Positions 22,881 to 37,400 of a stretch of DNA of 64,000 nucleotides are shown piece after piece. The DNA is from Camelus dromedarius. Lineage: Eukaryota. Position 1 is the first letter of the stretch, and each line of letters begins with the position of its first letter. The notes below the pieces were generated by a model. The model was given only the letters and a program-made list of their open reading frames with translations, did no database searches and was not told the DNA's origin. The stretch covers positions 88,600,001 through 88,664,000 of the forward strand of contig NC_087436.1 of the NCBI RefSeq assembly GCF_036321535.1, read 5' to 3'. Position numbers and translations under genes: made by a program.

Positions 22881-23124
22881 AGGAGAGGCCTCTAATTACA
22901 TACTCTTTACTCAAGAAGAAGCTGTATATAGAAGAAAGTGACCTCAAATCCAGTGAATGATTCTAAGAATTAGGATTCCACTGTGTTACCACAGAGCTTT
23001 TTGACGTCTCATAAAAAAACTGCTTCAGCCAGGATTACTTCTCTAGAGAAAACTGATGGCATTTTCTTGACATTCTCAAAGCTCTTACTCACGTATGAAT
23101 ATAAGTGACATCAAGGAGCTTAAA

Positions 23125-23257
23125 CTCTTTTTGTAGGGGTGGTTAAAAAAAATATATATATATATATATAATTTTTTAATGGAGGTACTGGGGATTGAAC
23201 CCAGGACCTTGTGCATGCTAAGTACGCACTCCATCACTGAGTTATAGCCTCCTCCTT
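23125..23257 (-). mobile_element. tRNA-Ala-derived SINE (Vic-1-like) with (AT)n tail
   Basis: tRNA head; TSD caag(g/a)agcttaaa at ~23112 and ~23258. Confidence 0.85.
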
Positions 23258-23609
23258 CAAGAAGCTTAAATTTTAAGTAACTATTTTTGGGTATGCATTG
23301 AGACTTTGAGAGTGCACTCCTAGAGACTGTTGTTTCTTAAATTTCCTTCAAGTTTATACCTTTATCCACCTCCATTTTCCACATGCACTAATTCCCAGGA
23401 ATTTTTGTTCATTTGTTTTATTATCTGGGTGCATATCCATTTTTTTTGTAGAATTCTGTATTAGGAGATCAGATTTCTGGTCTCTGAGCATGGGGGACAT
23501 GTCTTTGAATGCAAAGTGCAGAATTCTTACCCAATGGGAAGGAAAGTAAATAAGAATGGAAGTCATAATGTAACTTGATTATGTGACAGAGGTATTGTTT
23601 TTTCTATAG

Positions 23610-23651
23610 AGAACCAAAAGAAAAAAAGAAAAAGAAAAAGGAAAAGAAGAG
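23610..23651 (+). CDS. CNGA1: CNGA1 coding exon 4 (lysine-rich)
   Basis: ctatag|...ag|gtaaat; EPKEKKKKKKEKK; 42 nt. Confidence 0.94.
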
Positions 23652-23739
23652 GTAAATAAGACTTTGGAATGAACTATCCCACATTTTTTCTGCCCGTAAC
23701 ATTTTCGTGTTTTACTAACTATAGCTCTCACTTTTTCAG

Positions 23740-23850
23740 CAAGCCAGATGATAAAAATGAAAATAAAAAGGACTCAGAGAAGAAAAAGAAGAAAGAAAAG
23801 GACAAAGACAAGAAGAAGAAAGAGGAGAAAGGCAAAGATAAGAAAGAGGG
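23740..23850 (+). CDS. CNGA1: CNGA1 coding exon 5 (charged K/E/D-rich)
   Basis: tttttcag|...gg|gtaact; KPDDKNENKKDSEKKKKKEKDKDKKKKEEKGKDKKE; 111 nt. Confidence 0.95.
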
Positions 23851-25088
23851 GTAACTATTTTTATTGGTATTGAAATTAGGAATAAATATGTGAAGGGTTT
23901 TGGATGCAGGAATAATTTCCTGCAAGTTTATAGTAAATAGGTACTGTGTAAAGACTAAATAAATTGTTATAAAATATGAATTTAATTTTTTCTACTTTCC
24001 TTAAAATTAGTAATGTTAACCTTAGTCTTAGTTTTCTCATCAAGAATTTTGAATGTTATGGTTAATTTCCTTCCTGAAGCACTGGTGAGAAAAACTTACC
24101 ACTGGGACATGTTTAAGATCCAAGGAAAACTGGGTTTCTAGGATCTTAACATCAATTTTTAAAATTGAAATAAAAATTTAATAATTTCACTAACATTTTT
24201 GAGTCATAAACACAGTGTGGCAAATACTCCAAAGTAAAGTAGTCTTATTGCAAAAGCCATGCCTAGTTTTGAGGGCAGTTTAAATGCTATCAAAATACCA
24301 GCCATTTGAAAGATTCTTTTTAAAGCAAACATCTGAGAGTTAGAATTTCACAAGGGTAAGGCTGAGTGATATTTTCAGAGCTATCTTTTTACTTGTTATT
24401 AAAGAAAAAATTATTTTCTAAACTTACTCAAAGAAAACTACCAGACAATGGTTTCATTATTTGTGCCTGTTAGAACTTGCTGACATTGTATAAAAGGAAA
24501 AGTCCTTAAAAATATAAGCTGGATACCAGAAACTTTTAAAAAATGTCCATTTGATCATATAGACCCTTCCTTCCTTCCATTCTTTTGCCTTCTTCGCTCT
24601 CAAGTCTTCATACACACTTAAGAACAAGTACTTTTTATTAGACTGTGTTATATTCTTCTCTCTCTACAGATGAGAAGGAAGTCAGTTCCCCCTCCCAGTG
24701 CGGTCCCTGATTGTTTTGTTACCCAGTAGGGGTAGTGGCAAAACTACCATTCTCCCACCACCAGTAACCTGCCGAAGGGGTCTGTGGAATAGCCAGTTTG
24801 GCTTGATCTATGCTATTATTCCCTCTCAGTAGCTGCAGCATCACAGGAAAACAAGGGCTTTAATAAATTTCTAAAGCATGGTTTAACGTAGTAAGACTAG
24901 TAATTTAACTATCCACCCCTCACTAGTTTCTGATGCACTTATGCCAAGCTAATCTTCCCACTGTAGAGTAAGCTTCACCTTGTTTCTGTTTCATTAATTG
25001 TGGGTGGTGGGCATAACCATATTTGATACGTGAAACAAAAATAATCCTGTTTCTTGGTAACCTTCCCTTTATTTCTAATTGCTGCTAG

Positions 25089-25196
25089 GGAGAAGAAGGA
25101 AGTCACGGTTATTGATCCCTCGGGAAACATATATTACAACTGGCTGTTTTGCATCACCTTACCTGTTATGTACAACTGGACTATGATTATTGCAAG
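25089..25196 (+). CDS. CNGA1: CNGA1 coding exon 6 (S1)
   Basis: gctag|...ag|gtgtct; [35 protein letters not shown]; 108 nt. Confidence 0.96.
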
Positions 25197-25974
25197 GTGT
25201 CTGTATTTTTTTCTGGCTCTCAACCCACTTCTAGTTTCTAAGTTAGCTGACTTAGCAGTCTGGCCTAGAGCTCTTCAGGACGTACCTCCTTTCTCCACCA
25301 CAGGTTGGAGAGGAGGCTGTGTCATTCTCAGTGTGTGTCCCTAAGTTCAGGAGTAGGTGCTTTGGTTCCCAATATACTTGGAAATCCAGTACTGGGATGG
25401 GGAGGAGGTGTGGGGCGGGGCATCCTTTTAAATGTTTGATCGCTCAATCATTTAATTAGAACTTTGGGAGAAACTTTATTTTCTTTGGCTACAAGGAAAC
25501 ATTTTGCCAAGACTGGAAAAAGATTAAGGATCCCAGGTTGTGTACAGTCAGACGTGTTTCCCAAGTGATATCTATGGTTTCTGTCTTTTAGACAGTAAAC
25601 ATCTCAGCCATCCAGGGCCAACCGTGATTTCCTGAGGCATTTTGGGGTACAGATAGTAAATATGAACCTGGTTATCAATGTGTATCACCCCAAATATTTT
25701 GACATTAGCTTGAGGTCATTTATTCTCATTCGATGTTTTTACAAAGTTGACTAGTATAATGGAAAGAATGCTGAAATTCAGAAGTATGAGAAAACTAAGT
25801 CCAACCCTCACACTCAGGAAAGGATTTGGGAAAGTCACTGTTGATTAAATGGGCCCTATGGACCCTTCCAACCTGAGCATGCTACACTTCTCACCATGAT
25901 AAAAATGATACAAAGAGGACTTCTACTGAAAATGGTCCCATTTCACCCTATTTATACAAGCTTTTCTTTTACAG

Positions 25975-26081
25975 AGCATGTTTTGATGAACTTCAGTCTG
26001 ATTACCTGGAATACTGGCTCATTTTTGATTACTTGTCAGATTTAGTCTATCTTCTCGATATGTTTGTACGAACAAGGACAG
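25975..26081 (+). CDS. CNGA1: CNGA1 coding exon 7 (S2)
   Basis: ttttacag|...g|gtaaat; [35 protein letters not shown]; 107 nt. Confidence 0.96.
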
Positions 26082-27326
26082 GTAAATATGTTCAGTTTTG
26101 GATATTTCATAATTTCATGGTTTTATCTCTCTCCCTATAATTTGAAATTTCTTAATTCAAGTGTTCTTCAAAATAAACTAACAAAAATTTGTTTCAGAAG
26201 AAAAGGCACCGTTGAAGGCAAGAGTACCATATTCCCACCCACAGGCTTAGGCCACTCCAGCTGATTCAGGAGGCCATTACTAGGCAACCTTCTGAATGCG
26301 GATTGATGGCTTTCCTCTGTTATCCTGTTCACTGGGCTTATGCCAGGTGGGAGGAATAGAGAGAACAGAAATATTCTGCCAGCTCTGTAGGGAAAGGGTA
26401 ATTGCTACCTAACAGAGATTCCTTGAAGAAGCATGGGGAAAAATGTCATCTTATCCAGCTAAGCTGTGCAAGAAATTTTACAAGAAACAGGATATACATC
26501 CTTAATTCAACTTTGTGGTCCATGGTGAGGCATTATTGACCAATAATCTGGGCAGGATCTGATAGCTTCCTACTTAAATATTCTTGTTAAGTAGGTATAA
26601 GCTCCTTGTCTGTACTACTCTCCACAAGCAAAGGTAATCTGTGTACACAGAGTATGGCTTTTAAGAATCATTATGTAAAATAGGGACATTCTCTGCTCTC
26701 AGTGCACTGGAGCAATACTTCAGTTCTGTTCTATTCACAGCTGGTAACCAGTAGAGGAAGAGAAGCAGATTCCTTCCCTAGTGAAATATATCATAGTACT
26801 GAAATCCTGAGTTTAATACACAAGGCTCGTGGTAGCAATTTAGGAGAAGGGAATATCCCAATGTCTAAGGAAGCCTGGGGAGCCAGAAGGAGAGATGAAA
26901 ATGAAGTCTCAAAGGATGGATGCTTCACATCGAAGAGGCAAGGCAAGAATATGCACAATTGTCAAATAGCAAGGAGGTCCTCAAGCTTCAAGGTTGGGGC
27001 CAGGATTCTGACACGAGAGTGGCACAGGGAGTTAGGCACAGTGCTAGGGTGTTCATAAAACTTTCCAAGAACACTGTTCATAAAGGGAATGGCTTTACAT
27101 GGGTGAGATGCTGAATCTAGAGAGATTTGTGTACATACCTTGTAATATACATTGCACATACTCTCTCACTTTTGCCGTTACAAAGTGTTACTTTTTATTT
27201 CTGCAAAAGAATATTTTCCACAGCCTTATGTTGGTAAGTACTCATATCTTACATTGCTACAAGCAATGTTGATTGGAAATGAACTCTTGTTTTGAACTCA
27301 GTGGAGTTCATTGGGAGTTACTTTAG

Positions 27327-28802
<1,476 letters not shown>

Positions 28803-29206
28803 GACTGAAAAGCTGGTTATGCATAAGGTTATGCCTCGTGATCCTTTCGGTGATGTGATAAAGGCAACTGTAAGTTGGAAGAAGAGGAACAGTCATCTGG
28901 AAATTCTTCCATAAGGAAAATGTGCTTTGGTGCAGGGCACAAGGCTGCACATTCCCTTGTGAGGTACTGTGACTAAAGAATCATCACACTTTGAATTTTT
29001 CACAATGGATAATATGCAAAGATAGAAACCAATAAACTTGTCAGAATCTGTACCTTCTGAGTTTTTTTCACATATGCTCCTTTTATGTAAGACTCTTTAT
29101 AAAAGTGAACAAGGATCCCTCACTTTTGGGCAATTTACATTATTGAGGAGCAACTGGGAATTACTGTGTACATCATGTTCAGAATACCATTTAAGAATTA
29201 GATTGC

Positions 29207-29222
29207 AATAAAGGAAAATAAA
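29207..29222 (+). terminator. Probable CNGA1 polyadenylation signals (tandem AATAAA)
   Basis: AATAAA at 29207 and 29217, upstream TGTA (~29167) and downstream GT-rich gttgtagtg; further AATAAA at 29031 and ~29503. Confidence 0.55.
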
Positions 29223-29359
29223 TCCTAAAGTTGTAGTGACTACTATTTATTTGATAATTTAGTAGAGAGTTTAGGATCTTGTAGAGCTTCCAAGTCATCT
29301 AAAGGACCTTAACCATTGTATTCTAGGATTTGGGAAGCAGGGTTGAGAGAAACTTCTAA

Positions 29360-29545
29360 CTAAAAGCATGACCTCTTGGGGACTGATGGAAATGTTAGCT
29401 ATCTTGATTGTGGTGGTGGTTTCATTGGTGTATATATCTATCAAAATTCATCAAAGTGTACATCTGAAATATCTGTAGTTTACTGTACAGGAACCATACC
29501 ACAATAAAGTGTTAAAAATTACAAATAAAAATAAAAAAACAAAAA
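29360..29545 (+). mobile_element. Ancient L1 3' end just downstream of the CNGA1 proximal poly(A) signals
   Basis: gatggaaatgttagctatcttgattgtggtggtggtttc...caataaag plus A-rich tail. Confidence 0.75.
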
Positions 29546-29769
29546 ATTAAAGCATGACAAATCAGACTTTATTATATATATATACATATATATAATATTG
29601 AAAATCACAAAATGTTGTAGACTCCTTTATGATAAAGTTTTAAAATTCTGTGGTTATTAAGGCCTGACAGCTGTGGCTACTGGCCAGCAATAAGAAAAAG
29701 GGAGAAAGGTAATACTATTGCTGGGTGATGAGCAAAGGAAGTTGTTGTAATGCTAGAAAAGGAGGCCTG

Positions 29770-29915
29770 GAAGTTCTGTGGGCCAGCATGGGCATCACCT
29801 GGGAGCTTCTTAGAAATTCAGAATCTCAGGTCCTACTCCAGACATGCTGTATCAGAATGTGCATTTTAGCAAGACCCCTAGGTGATTCATACTCTCATTA
29901 AATCTTGAGCAGCAT
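29770..29915. mobile_element. MER5A-like relic
   Basis: gcatcacctgggagcttcttagaaattcagaatctcagg...gcattttagcaagacccctaggtgattc. Confidence 0.8.
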
Positions 29916-30070
29916 CTAGCTAGAGAACCAGGAAGGAACTGGTTGGAGGCTAGTTCTAGAAAAGAAAAAGTAACTGTATGACAAATGTGTGGTCCTGAAA
30001 GACATTGCTAATCAATCAGATAGCTCTCTGCTGCTAAACCCAGATGTGGCTCAAAAAATTCTTAGCACAG

Positions 30071-31636
30071 TAGACATTTGAGAAAGCTGTATCTTGCAGG
30101 CTTGACTTAACTTTTTTTCCTTAAAAATCTTTGAAAAGCATTTGAGTGCAAAACTCTCCAAATGTTTTGGATTTATAGCATTGCTTTGGTAAATTAATTG
30201 CAAATCACTAGTACAGTTCTAGTAGCATTGACAATAAGCTAATAATGGACAGATTTTCCTTTACTTCATTAATACAAGCAGTGTTTTATTTAATAATCAT
30301 CAAAGAAATAAACATACCTGAAATTGATTTTTAAATTACAGTATTAGATCATAAAATAAAAACCAGCAGTACATTTCTGGTCACATTGAAAATGAAGAAC
30401 TTTATTTTCCCCACAAGTTTCAGTGTTTTTAGTAATCAATTCTATGCATTTTATATAAATAGAAATATATATAACACATAAAAAGGAGTAGCCTAAGGTT
30501 AATTTAAAATTATTATTTACAGATGGCAAATTTATGGAGTCACTATTTAAGTAAACTTGCTGCCCTCCACAGCCTTCTAATTTTATTTCTATCATCCAGC
30601 AGATAACCAGTATCTACTCACTCATAGGAAAAGAATCAGTGCTGGCAGCAGCAGAAGTTTCAGAAACACCAAGTGCAAAGGATTGATTGATGTTTGTACC
30701 AGGTACAAAACTGGAGCAGTTTTCTTTTTGTTCAGGGCCATGTTTACTACCCTGAAACATCATATTTTCTGTATGCCAGTTCTAAGACTGAGATGTCTTG
30801 TTAAGTTGACAGTAAATGGTAAACTTTAATGTTTTCATAATATAATAAGTACTGTTTGAAAAAGGTGTGCTCGAGTTAACTACACTGCTTTTAACTGATT
30901 CTAATCACGGGCTTTTTACGTGTTTAAAAAGAAAAAAAATTCAAGATCCTGCTGAAGTCTAAATTTAGCATATTGACAAAAGAATCTGTATTTATACCCT
31001 CTTTAAAACCGTTTTTACCAGTTTTCTTTGGTTTTACAGATTTCTTAAATAAAAGTTGCATATTTGCATACTACTTTAACTTGCAAATTATTTTTAATCA
31101 AATATCCTTATATTTCATTTCTTTTCCTTCAGGGTGTTTAAATATGTTACTGTATTAGCAAACTTTTTCATTTTAATAATTTCTACTACTAATTTAAAAA
31201 TTTCGGTTTGTGTTAAGTAAAAGTTAAATCAGACACTACAAGGTATAGGAAGATTTGTTTTAACAAACCCAATGATATAGATTTGATTACTAAGTTTGAA
31301 CTGTTAACTGTTTTACAATTTTAGACTTGTGGCTTTCTTTCTTTGGTTTGTTTTTGTTTTTGCTTCAATACTACACTAGTTTGCCATGTAGCAGTTGCAC
31401 TGTCCAATATTACAATGAGGACTGGGAAAACTTTATGGATGTAATGTCTATTATGGTTTGCAGTAGTATTTCTTTCTAGTTCTCAGTGATTTAAATGTGA
31501 CCAAGCCTTCCGTACTTTGTCACAAAAAGTGGGTTTTCCAGGTAACTATTTTGGTGAGTGTCAGAATAAGAACTGATGGTGTATTACTGTCTATTCACTT
31601 TGAATTAAAATATACATATTGCAGCAAAAAAAAAAA
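30071..31636 (+). pseudogene. 5'-truncated retrocopy of an unidentified mRNA 3'UTR
   Basis: 18-bp TSD aaaaaattctta(g/a)cacag at 30053-30070 and 31631-31648; ATTAAA 31604-31609, then 16 nt, then A11; AU-rich interior with no recognisable TE. Confidence 0.8.
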
Positions 31637-33184
31637 TTCTTAACACAGATCACTGGAATTGATACTTTTGTCCCTGCTTCTAATAACATGGCTTCTTGTT
31701 AATTTGACATGTCAGATATTTATATGGACCTCAGTCAGTATATGCCAATGATAGAATTTATTCTACTCTACCAATAGAATATTCATTGCCCTATTTATTG
31801 TTTTTGTAGTCTTCTGTTTCCCTTCTACGTTTTACCTATCTCTTTAATATCAGCCAGTAGTATTTCATCACTGAAGAGAAAGTGGCTAGTCCTGGAGTGG
31901 GTGGATCATCCGTAATATGGAATGTGATTTCTGCCTGAGACAAGTGCTCCTCTTCCTCTCTTTTCTTATTATCCATTCTCCTCCATCTGCATTTTATTCT
32001 TCTCTTTGTGCTCTTTCTTGCCTGTTGTAAAAACCCGTAAGACACTGTAAAAAGGCTTGCTGGCTACTCATATCAGGCAGATTTGTAAGACAGGAATGAA
32101 TGAGGGTTACACACTTGGCTCAGGGCCGCTCCCAGGGAGAGGCATTTCCAATCACAGCATCCAGGAGGGTGCGGACTTGGAGTCTGATCTGAGCTAGAGA
32201 CATATCCAAGGGTTCTGATGTGATGATCTCTGACCCAAAGCTCTGTGAGTCTTAAGTTTTTGTTTTGTTTTGTTTTTTTAAAGACAGGAAATACGTGGCT
32301 TTGGGGAGACTTATGGGTAAGGGTGCTGCCCTGGGTACACGTGGATGCCAAAGCAGGAGCTCACTTTTTCACAACTGAGAGACCACCTGTATCTCAGGCT
32401 GATTCCACACTCCAGTTGGCTGTTTGGAACTAACATCTTAACATATTAAGACTAAGGACAAGCTTAATATAAGGACAAGGCTGGACTGGCTAAAGTTTGA
32501 AGATCTTTTATCACTGCATCTGAGAGGAAGGAGATGAGAGAGAGAGTTCTGGGACTCATAGATGGAAGATCAGTGAGACAGCAGGAAACCCATCACCTAG
32601 TCTTGCCAGCAGGTCTGATAATTACTCTGTCCCCCAGCTGTATTATAATGTTATGTTCTCCTAGGAAAAGATGAGTTTTGCAAATCTTTTTTTCCAACTT
32701 CAAATATGATGCAGTTAAGCTTCTTACCACTAGGAGGCAATGTTGGTCTATGATTATAACCTTCGAAGACTGACGCTGTTTTTTTGTTTTTTGTTTTTCT
32801 GTAGAAATTATAGGTAGTAAAATCAGAACTCTTTGGTAATAATGGGCAATTTTTTTCTAACATGAATATTTCCAGAAGATTTTAGTATAACAAAATATAC
32901 ATCAGTCTAAAATGAACACATAATCAAATAAAGTTTAAAATGCAAATTTAATGGGTAAAATAACATGATAAATTGAAGCATTTCAATATTTCTTATATTC
33001 AGGAAGTTCAAATAAGTCCTAATAATAATTAAATTATAAGACGCTTTTACCAATGTGTAAGATGTGTATTAGAGGTAAACAAAAGGGGAAAAAAGGAGCA
33101 AGTAGCATTTATATTGAAATCCAGTTTATCATTTTACATTAAAAAGTTTATTGCTTTAAAAATCTTGAAAACTATAGATCTGTT

Positions 33185-34420
33185 TTTTTCTAATTGAAGT
33201 ATAGTTGTTTTACAGTGTTGTGTTATTTTCTGGTTATTTTCTAGAGCATAGGGATTCAGTTATATATATATATAAACATATTCCTTTTCCTATTCTTTTT
33301 CACTATAGGCCATTACAAGATATTGAATTTGCTATTCAGTAGGACCATGTTTCTTACCTATTTTATATATGATAGTTAGTATCTGCAAATCTTGAACTCC
33401 TAATTTATCCCTCCCTACCCCCTTTCTCCCTGGTAACTATAAGTTTGTTTTCTATGTCTGTGAGTCTGTGTTTTGTAAATAAGTTCATTTGTGTCTTTTT
33501 TTTTTTTTTTTTTAGATTCCACATATAAGTGATATCATATGGTATTTTTCTTTCTCTTTCTGGTTACTTTATTTAGAATGATGATCTCCAGGTCCATGCA
33601 TGTTGCTGCCAATGGCATTATTTTATTCTTTTTTATGGCTGAGTAGTATTCCATTGTATAAATATACTACAACTTCTTTATCTGTTGATGGACATTTAGG
33701 TACTTCCACGTCTTGGCTATTGTAAATAGTGCTGCTGTTGGGGTGCATGTATCTTTTCAAATTAGAGTTTCCTCTGGATATTTGCCCAGGAGTGGGATTG
33801 CTGGATCACACAGTAAGTCTTTTAGTTTCTTAAGGAATCTCTATACTGTTTTCCATAATGGCTGTGCCAAACTACACTCCCACCAATAGTGTAGAAGGGT
33901 TCCCTATTCACCACCCTCTCCAGCATTTATCATTTGTGGACTTTTTAATGATGGCCATTCTTACCAGTGTGAGGTAATATCTCGTAGTTTTGATTTTCAT
34001 TTCTCTAATAATTGGTGATACTGAGCATTTTCTCATGTGCCTATTGGCCATTTGTATGTTTTCACTGGAGAATTGTTTGTTTAGGTCTTCTGCCCTTTTT
34101 TGGATTGGGTTGTTTGTTGTTTTGTTATTGAGTTGTATGAGCTGTTTGTATATTCTGGAAATTAAGCCCTTGTCAGCTGCATTGTTTGCAAATATTTTCT
34201 CCCATTTCATAGGTTGTCTTTTTGTTTTGTTAAAGTTTCCTTCACCGTGCAAAAGCTTATAAGTTTAATTAGGTCCCATTTGTTTATTTTTGCTTGGTAG
34301 ACTGCCCTAGGAGAACACTGCCACGATTTATATCAGAGAATATTTTGCCTGTGTTCTCATCTAGGAGATTTATGGTGTCGTCTTACATTTAAGTCTTTAA
34401 GCCATTTCGAGTTTATTAGT
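33185..34420 (-). mobile_element. 5'-truncated LINE-1 (ORF2 C-terminus plus 3'UTR)
   Basis: Minus ORF 33908..34252 [13 protein letters not shown]...[10 protein letters not shown]...KCWRG; L1 3'UTR. Confidence 0.93.
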
Positions 34421-37400
34421 GTTGAAAGTATGCCTGGCTTGGACAATGTCAATTTAGATGATATTCTTCTTTATGACTATTGAAGTTGTATTATTAGATA
34501 TTCTGGATTTTAGATGGTAGAATATAAAACACCAAGGCAATAGGCTTATAGACTCAAAAGAAATAGGTTGCTATTCACTGGATTAGTTTATCTCTAGGTG
34601 AAGGGGAAAAGTGGGAAACTCAAGGAAAGGAAATCAGAGAACATTGAAAATGCATGAAGACTGGGGATCATCTAGTTAACTTCTCTTCATTTTACAAATA
34701 GAGAAATGATGATCAGGCAACACTAAAGTTGATGAGGATGCAGCAATAGGAACTTCGAGTCAGCGTGGGAATTTTTACCATGTGTTGGGAAGAAATATAC
34801 TAATACCTGCTAGAACCTAAAGTTGGGTTGACCTAAAACCCAGCAATTTCTTTCTTAGGTACGTGTAGTCACTATAAATAGTGGCCACATACGCATACAT
34901 CAAAGAATGTTGGTAGTAGTAAAAAATTGTAAATAACTTAAGTTTTCATAAAAAGGAGACTAGACATAGAAATCTGAATATATTCATACAATGGAATACT
35001 AGAAAATGTTTGAATAGTAACAACACTTATTTAGTGCTTAGTTTGTGCCAGGCTCTGCCCCAAGTACTTTCCAGATGTCAATTCATTTAACCTTCACAAT
35101 TTATAAGGTAGTTTCCACTATGTTTCCTGTTTAACAGATGAGGAAATGGAGGCACAGAGAGTTAAAGTAATTTGTCCAAGGCCCACAGGAAGAGAATGGT
35201 ACAACCACTATTAGAACCCAGACAGTGAGACTCTAGGGTGCCTGCTCTTAACACTTCCATAAACCTAGGTACACACATGTGTACGTATTCTCTCTACAGT
35301 TTTTGGTATATTTGAGCGATTTCAAATGAAGAAGGAAAAATGAGAAGTTAAGTATAAATTCACACAGCTAATTTAGTGGCAAAGCCTGGACGTTTGACCC
35401 GTGGTTCAGTTTATTTCCCTATGAGGTTGTACTTGATTGCTTTCTACAAGGACCGAGTTGAGTACTTTACGGGGTTCTATTTGGTGATAATATGCCTGCT
35501 ATCTGTATGTTTCCACTCTAGGTTAGTCAGAGTGCATACTGAGTAACTTCGAGACAATACTAGAATTACATTTCACGTCTCGCTCTTGGTTTCCTGATGA
35601 GTTAAAGGTGAAAGAATGCATTTTTCACTGATGCATTCATTTAGGATTCTGAAAATAGCAATATACCACAAAATTACTCACCAGGCTGACAATGTTGGCC
35701 CTTAAAAAGAGTTGATATTGGATTTCTTGTCAGATGGCCAATTTCTCCTCTTTTTAGTTAAGATCCTTTTTGTTTCATCTGAGCTGAGCTTTAGCCAGCT
35801 GGACTTGGTCCAAGAAGCTACTTGAGTTAGTTCTTCAGAGAGTAGGGAGCCTGTTTCCTGGGTTTGTCACAAAGATTCATGATGCTGAGGAGCACATGTA
35901 TCCTGGTGGTACCAAAGCCCACGGTGTTCCCTGATATCCCCCTGTGGTCTCCTTGTTTACTCCTGGCAGAGTGACAGATGAGTCACGCAAGGCATTTGAA
36001 GGATGAACATTTGTCTACCATTAGCAGAGGGGCTCCAGAATAGAAATGTCATTCTTTTCCACTCACTTTTGGATGTAATAGGTCACTCTCCCTACTTCCT
36101 TAGTTTGCTAAAAATACTGATAATTAATAGATCTACATTATAAGTATTTCCACTGCTCCATTCGGATATAATTTAACAATGCCCACAGAGCACCAAATAC
36201 ATAAAATTACCAAAGAAACATACCACAATTAAGTAACATGAAATTTTCTTTGATTATATTTCTTTCATTTTCATGTCTAAAATAACCGGGCATTGAAATT
36301 CATTGATTAAAGAGAGAGAAGACTCTTTGGTGGTATAAAAATGAAAGTGATTTTTTACTGAACTGAAATAATGGACAGTTCTTGTTTTTTTTTTTTTTTT
36401 TTAAATTCTTTATTTAGATTTTAGTGCTAAATCCTTTGATATAGACTCTTATTTAACACAACTGACTTAGTCTCATTTTATCTGTAGCTTTGAGAGGGGG
36501 CCTGCTCCCCTGGCCTACACACCAAACCAAAAAAGCCATTGCTTTTTTGCAGCTCAGAGAGAGTGGTCAAAAATAAATCTCTCTCTCTCTCACACACACA
36601 CTCGCACACATAATGCATAATATAGATTAACAATATTTCAAACACATTTGCAATCAAATATAGTATGTGGTGGATCTTGGCAATGTGGATTGAAACTTTG
36701 CTTCCTGAGCCCAGTTAAGATCACTCTCTTCAAATTATATGATCCTTTCAAACAGGAAGCCAGAACTAAATAATTTATTTGAGTTGTAAATAGATTTAAA
36801 CTTTCAAAAGTTATCATAACAATGATTAGCATTATTATCTTTTAAATTGTATATGAGATTTGGAACAGGTACCATACAGCAAATGATAAAGATAAATAGA
36901 TTGTCCAGGTATTGACCTTGATGGGACTGGTCATAATTAACATATTTAAACATCATCTTAAAACCAGTGGATGAGCTTCAGTATGGGTAAGTTCCACCAG
37001 AGTACACTTGGGGGTCAAATAATTAAAACTATAATTTTAAAATGATTGGCTCACACAATGAAATGCAGTAAAGGCCTAGATAAAGGAGTTTTGCAGTTTG
37101 TAATGTTCCCAGTGAGGAATTATAAAAAGATCACAATAAGGCTGTGTTTTGTTGGGAACTGATAAGAAGAAACAGGTTCTTGTCTTTGTAGAAAATCATG
37201 GGGCATCTGAACTTAGAAAACTGTATGCACTTCTGTTTAGTGAGGTGAATATATTTTATTAGAGGTGAATGGGGTCTAGAGAATGACTAAAAGGGTGTTA
37301 GAGTTGGCAGCTGTGGATGAATGGTCAGGGGCTGGCAGGACTTTCTGGGACTTTAGTCCAGAAAGACAAAGGCTGAGAGAAATACGCTTAACAAACACCA

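Noticed and set aside
35680..35700. Minus-strand micro-exon (aag|19 nt|gtgagt)
   Set aside because: Such sites arise by chance at this frequency; no supporting evidence
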